Shown piece after piece: positions 59,700-64,000 of a stretch of 64,000 nucleotides of DNA; the first letter of the stretch is position 1, and each line of letters opens with the position of its first letter. This DNA is from Isurus oxyrinchus (Eukaryota). Below the pieces are notes generated by a model, which was not told the origin of the DNA, searched no databases, and saw only the letters and a list, made by a program, of their open reading frames with translations. The stretch covers positions 24,304,001 to 24,368,000 of the forward strand of contig JANJGN010000013.1 in NCBI GenBank assembly GCA_026770705.1. The letters run 5' to 3'. A program made the position numbers and the translations under genes.

Positions 59700-61080
59700 C
59701 AGATTCAACACAAAGGGATGGTGGTGCGAGTGACCCTCGGTGCATTGTGGAGTGTAGCGGGTTGGACATCACAGATCCCCAATGAATCTAGGGTGGCACA
59801 TTTGCGCTGTTGGGAAATTGAGACTCTTGGAGTAGAGGGTCTCTGTACTTGTGTAGCCTCTGCTGCACCAAAGTGGATGAGAGGATCCCAAGTCCTCACT
59901 CTTCAGAGTGTGGGTAGAGGCAGTGCTAAGTGGTTCAGGTCACAGAGCTGATATACAAAGAGCGAAATGGTGACCGTGCATGCGGGAGCAGAAGGGTGAC
60001 AGATCTGCCGAGAATGCCGAACTGGCTGGAACTGACCAATAGATGTGTAGTGCAGCGCCAACGCGAGGCAGACAGCGACACTGACTCAGAGGAAAGTGAT
60101 CTTTCAGAAAGAGTTAAGGAATTAGAAACAAGATTGAAGAGCAAGGCCACAGAGTTGAAAATTTTGGGATTGCCCCATATTCTAAGCACTGGACAGTGTC
60201 AGCTGTGACTCAGTTGGTAGAAACCTCAGTTCTGAGTCAGGAGGTTACAGTTTCACATCCCACTGTAAAGACATGAGCACAAAAATTTAGGCTGGCATCC
60301 AGTGCAATACAGAGGGAGCACAGCACTGTCAGAAGTGCCATCTTTCAGACGAGATGTTAAACTGAAGCACCATCTGCAATCTCAGGTGGACATAAAAATA
60401 TCCCATGGCATTTCAAAGAACAGGAGAGTTATCCCCAGTTATTTATCCCTCAATCAACAAGCAAAAAAGGACTTGTTAATATCACATTGCTGGTTGTGAG
60501 AGCTTGGTGTACACAAGTTGGCTGCGGCTGTCTTACAACAGTGACTGTGCTTCAAATGTACTCCATTGGCATAAGGGGCTTTGGGACATCTTGGAGTTCA
60601 AGAAAGGTGCTATTGCATATCTCTTTGAGAAGATGACAAGGCCAAAGTGCAGGTGCAGAAATGAAGAATTCAGATTCTTGGGGCCTTGAAGTGTTTCTGG
60701 AGCACGGGCAAGTTACAAAAATATAACAGCATTAAGTTGAATTAAAAATGTACAAGTCCTTTTGAAGAATGGGTAACTAGAGCACCGAAGGGAGATTTAG
60801 ACTAATAAGTGGGGTCGAGGGGAGATTTCTAACTTTGAGGCTAGAGATAGAGAGCATAATGAATGAGGTGTTGAAGCAGAAACGTAGTTGAAATAACCTG
60901 AAGAGAAACAAATAGGCTATGAGGTAGAGATGAAAAGGAACAACACTGCCATCGAACGGGCACGAGATGTCAAAAATTAAAATGATAAAGGTCAACATTT
61001 TGATAAATTGGAGTCAGGATTCAGTGTTATGGAAGTGAATGTGCAAAGCATTCAAATCAAAATTGGAGAGATTTAGATTG
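59700..61080 (+). mobile_element. Ancient CR1 5' fragment (ORF1 relic and start of EN), interrupted by a Deu-SINE
   Basis: KELETRLKSKATELKILGL resembles LGAKLKSKNSKVIISGL near 1375. CRNEEFRFLG resembles CGRNGFQFMG. NVQSIQIKIGEI resembles NARHIRNKINEL. Confidence 0.6.
60198..60612 (+). mobile_element. Deu-domain tRNA SINE
   Basis: Head GTGACTCAGTTGGTAG... followed by the Deu-like GTGCAATACAGAGGGAGCACAGCACTGTCAGAAGTGCCATCTTTCAGACGAG. Confidence 0.75.
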
Positions 61081-63336
61081 TTCTAGCACAGACACTTTGG
61101 GCTCAATGGTCACTTTCTGTGATTTGAATATCTTGTTCCTATGGAAGCCAAACTCCTTTACTGTCAGAACTTGAAATACATTGTCTTTAATCTTGACCAT
61201 TGTTTAGTGATAATTGATTCCCATTTATTTTGACCTTCTGTTCATACAGAGACAATAAGTCAGTGACTGTAAGTCCCCCTTGGTATGACTATTAGAGCAG
61301 AAGGGAAAATAAAACTGTTGAACCAACCTGGGGCATTCTAGGTGAGCTGTAAAAGTACTGCAGTGACTGAGATGTGGGAAGATACTGCCCTGCCTGCTGT
61401 TGAGTCTGAAAAGAAATTCTGGTCATTGCTGTAATTAGCTTTGGAGCCCATGAGGGAAAGTATCAGTCAGGGTTCTGGCTTCTGATGATTTCTGATTGCA
61501 AAGTGGCATGTACAGGTGAGAGGTGAGGTCAGGAGCCCAGTCAGGTACAGTGTCCTCCACCAAAAAGCAGCTAGACCGGCAAAGCCTGTATACAAAGAAG
61601 AATGGCTAATTGGACAATTTAACAAAAGGAAAACAGTACCTATCAAAAGTGCAAGGAAATTAGGAATGGGGGTGTGGGGTTAAAATGCAAAAATGAAGGC
61701 AGGGAAGCTTCTTGTGAGTCAGTGGAGATTTAAGGCTTTCTCGCCTCGGTAACCACAGAGACCTCATAATAGGCTGGCACAGGACCAGCTTGTTCAGCTA
61801 CTCAAATGGGTGCAATTAGAGCAGCCTAAAGCATTACAAAGACCCAGATTAGTATACAAATAAGCCAATCCTCCCTCTCACAAAGGCTTTTTCTTACTTA
61901 GAGCTTTTTTAAAATTTATTTTATTTTTTGTCAATTAATCTGCACTGAGTAAATACCTGTTGGATTTAGCAATAAAGTTAATTGGTGAAAGTTAGCCATT
62001 TGATTCATATTGAAAGGCATGGGAGGTCCAGCATTGGTATGGCTTAGCTTTACATTTAAAAGTATGACATTTGACTCCTCGACCCTCCGCTGACAGGTGT
62101 GCTAAGGGAGATGGACACTACTAACCTTTTCGAAGTCCCAATCTTTGTTACTCTTTTATTTATCCTTGTTAGCACGATGACATGTTGTGAAAGATGCTGT
62201 GACTATTTGTAGCCTTAGTGATGCGACGTTGCAACAGAACTAGCCACGTGTGGCACTCTAAAGCATCTTAAATAATGTTGAGTGATAACTAAGAAGGTGC
62301 TCTGAAATCAGTTTTGAGTGGCAGTTGATCCAACAACTGCTGCAAACCAGATATTTCATGGTGGTTCAACCATGGTCAACTGGGATGAATCAAGATGCTG
62401 TGATAATTGCTGCAGCTCTGAAGTCTGTCCGATGTGATGGTGTCGCTTGTTTTGATTTGTGATTTGGAGATGGAGCTGATCTGAACTCTACAGGCAAAGG
62501 AAAGAATGGCTTCCTGCTGCATGTTCAGCTGTCTGTTGGGGCAACTGTTAGTTTGTACTACATCAAGTATGTCTCTCTTTCTCTCAACAGCCCAGATTTA
62601 CAAAAGGCTGAAAAACTGAGGTGAGTGACTGTGTTTCATTTTGGACTGTACCTTATAATAGAAATTATATGGAACAAAGCTACATTCTAATTTGAGTATT
62701 AGGATTTTACAATTCTACAAACTCTATGGAGTTGAAATTAGGGTTCCCTAAAACATAATGACTGTTTCCAGCTTCCAAAAGTTCAGCTCTGTTCTTTTTT
62801 GTGGAAGGAATTCCAAGTTTCTACCTACATTATCCCTCTTGCCTCCCACAGCTTAGTCCGAGTTTCTTGTACTTCTGGAAGGTAACAGTTGTTAAATGCT
62901 GAAGCATCTCATGAGGTGGAACATTACAGAATGCAGCCTTGCATTTCCTTTGTAATATTTTCCAACCGTGCAGTAAGCAGAGTGAAACCTTCGTGTTGCT
63001 CACCTACTTTGTTCTTGCAGATTCTTTTTCTTTCTTGCTTAAAAAATCTTAGCCTAACCCATGGTAACATAGCTTTATTTAATATCAGTCTCAAATATTA
63101 GAGCTCAAGTTAATTGCTTAAACTGAACTGCTCTGAACCTCTTTGGACATGTACTAGACTCAATGCCTTCTCTTATTTCTGACATAGTAAAGATGGACAA
63201 AAGCTTTAAAGCTCCAATTTATGGGTCCCTTAATGTATCTGCTTATTTAAGAACGTGATGATCTGGTGCAAGAGCAGTCACTGTAACGGTGTGTGAGCAT
63301 GGTCTGGCTGGTAGTGGGTAGAAAGGAATGTCTTAT

Positions 63337-63340
<4 letters not shown>

Positions 63341-63370
<30 letters not shown>
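63341..63370 (+). repeat. (TG)n microsatellite
   Basis: About 15 TG units. Confidence 0.95.
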
Positions 63371-63376
<6 letters not shown>

Positions 63377-64000
63377 AAACATTATATATTAGGCCCTGTG
63401 CCCAGACAAAGTGTTAAACTCCAATGAGCAGCATCAAAGCGCTGCTGCTTCCCTCGAGCTTTGAAGCTGTGGTGCTTTGTTCTGCTTCTGAATGGTATGA
63501 TGATATCATCGAGTCCTAAGTTCAAAACTGGACTCCTGTTTCTTGAAGAATGGATACAATGAGTTGCTGCTGACCGGTCTTGTCCAGAATCCTGCTTGGT
63601 CTGTTGAAAGAAAATGTTTAGGTGATTTCTGTCTGTACTCGGGATATAGTGCAAACCGATGTGTACAGTGCTCAGGTTTGTAAGTTTTTCTCTGTGAACT
63701 GACTCCATTACAGTAATTTCTATTCACCACTGTTATCCAAGTTGGATTTTCTTCCAGTGTCAGACTTATCATGCTGTTTATAAGAGGTGCTGATGTTTTT
63801 GGATTTTTTTAATCGCCTGCATTCAGGTCACAAAAACTGGGTCGAGTTAGTTGTGTACAAACCTGTGCGTTTACGTGTCACAGACAAAATAAAAACCCTT
63901 GTAATCAATAAACCAGCAAACTAGATTTAGGAGGAGAAGGTATGCAATAGCTTTCAACAAAACATTTTTGGAGTGAACAAATGGAATATTTGTAAGTAAA

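Noticed and set aside
59930-60208. 92-aa ORF with acidic and coiled-coil look, as a host exon
   Set aside because: It aligns with CR1 ORF1 motifs seen at 1370-1430 and is cut by a SINE, so it is a TE relic.

Overview
Vertebrate genomic DNA, most likely a shark or other cartilaginous fish, inferred from its repeats (CR1 and L2 LINEs, Deu-domain and tRNA SINEs, Penelope-like GIY-YIG elements, pogo and Harbinger DNA transposons, solo LTRs). I can support two + strand protein genes. One is an intact, intronless acylphosphatase (ACYP1-like, 6655-6960) in a CpG island. The other is a four-coding-exon TMEM17-family ciliary transition-zone gene (12231-18941, about 211 aa). A second GC-rich block near 24.7-25.3 kb may be the non-coding first exon of a third gene, but I found no coding exons for it. 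The most interesting leads are three. (1) ACYP may share its promoter, first exon and even its start codon with TMEM17 via a phase-compatible donor inside ACYP codon 5. (2) A short tandem repeat upstream of ACYP encodes a uORF plus an in-frame Arg-rich, mitochondrial-presequence-like extension. (3) A family of Penelope-derived mini-elements carries minimal hammerhead ribozymes and inserts as hairpins or ribozyme-only stubs with 12-15 bp target-site duplications. All family names come from recalled motifs, not database searches. Repeat boundaries are approximate unless TSD coordinates are given.
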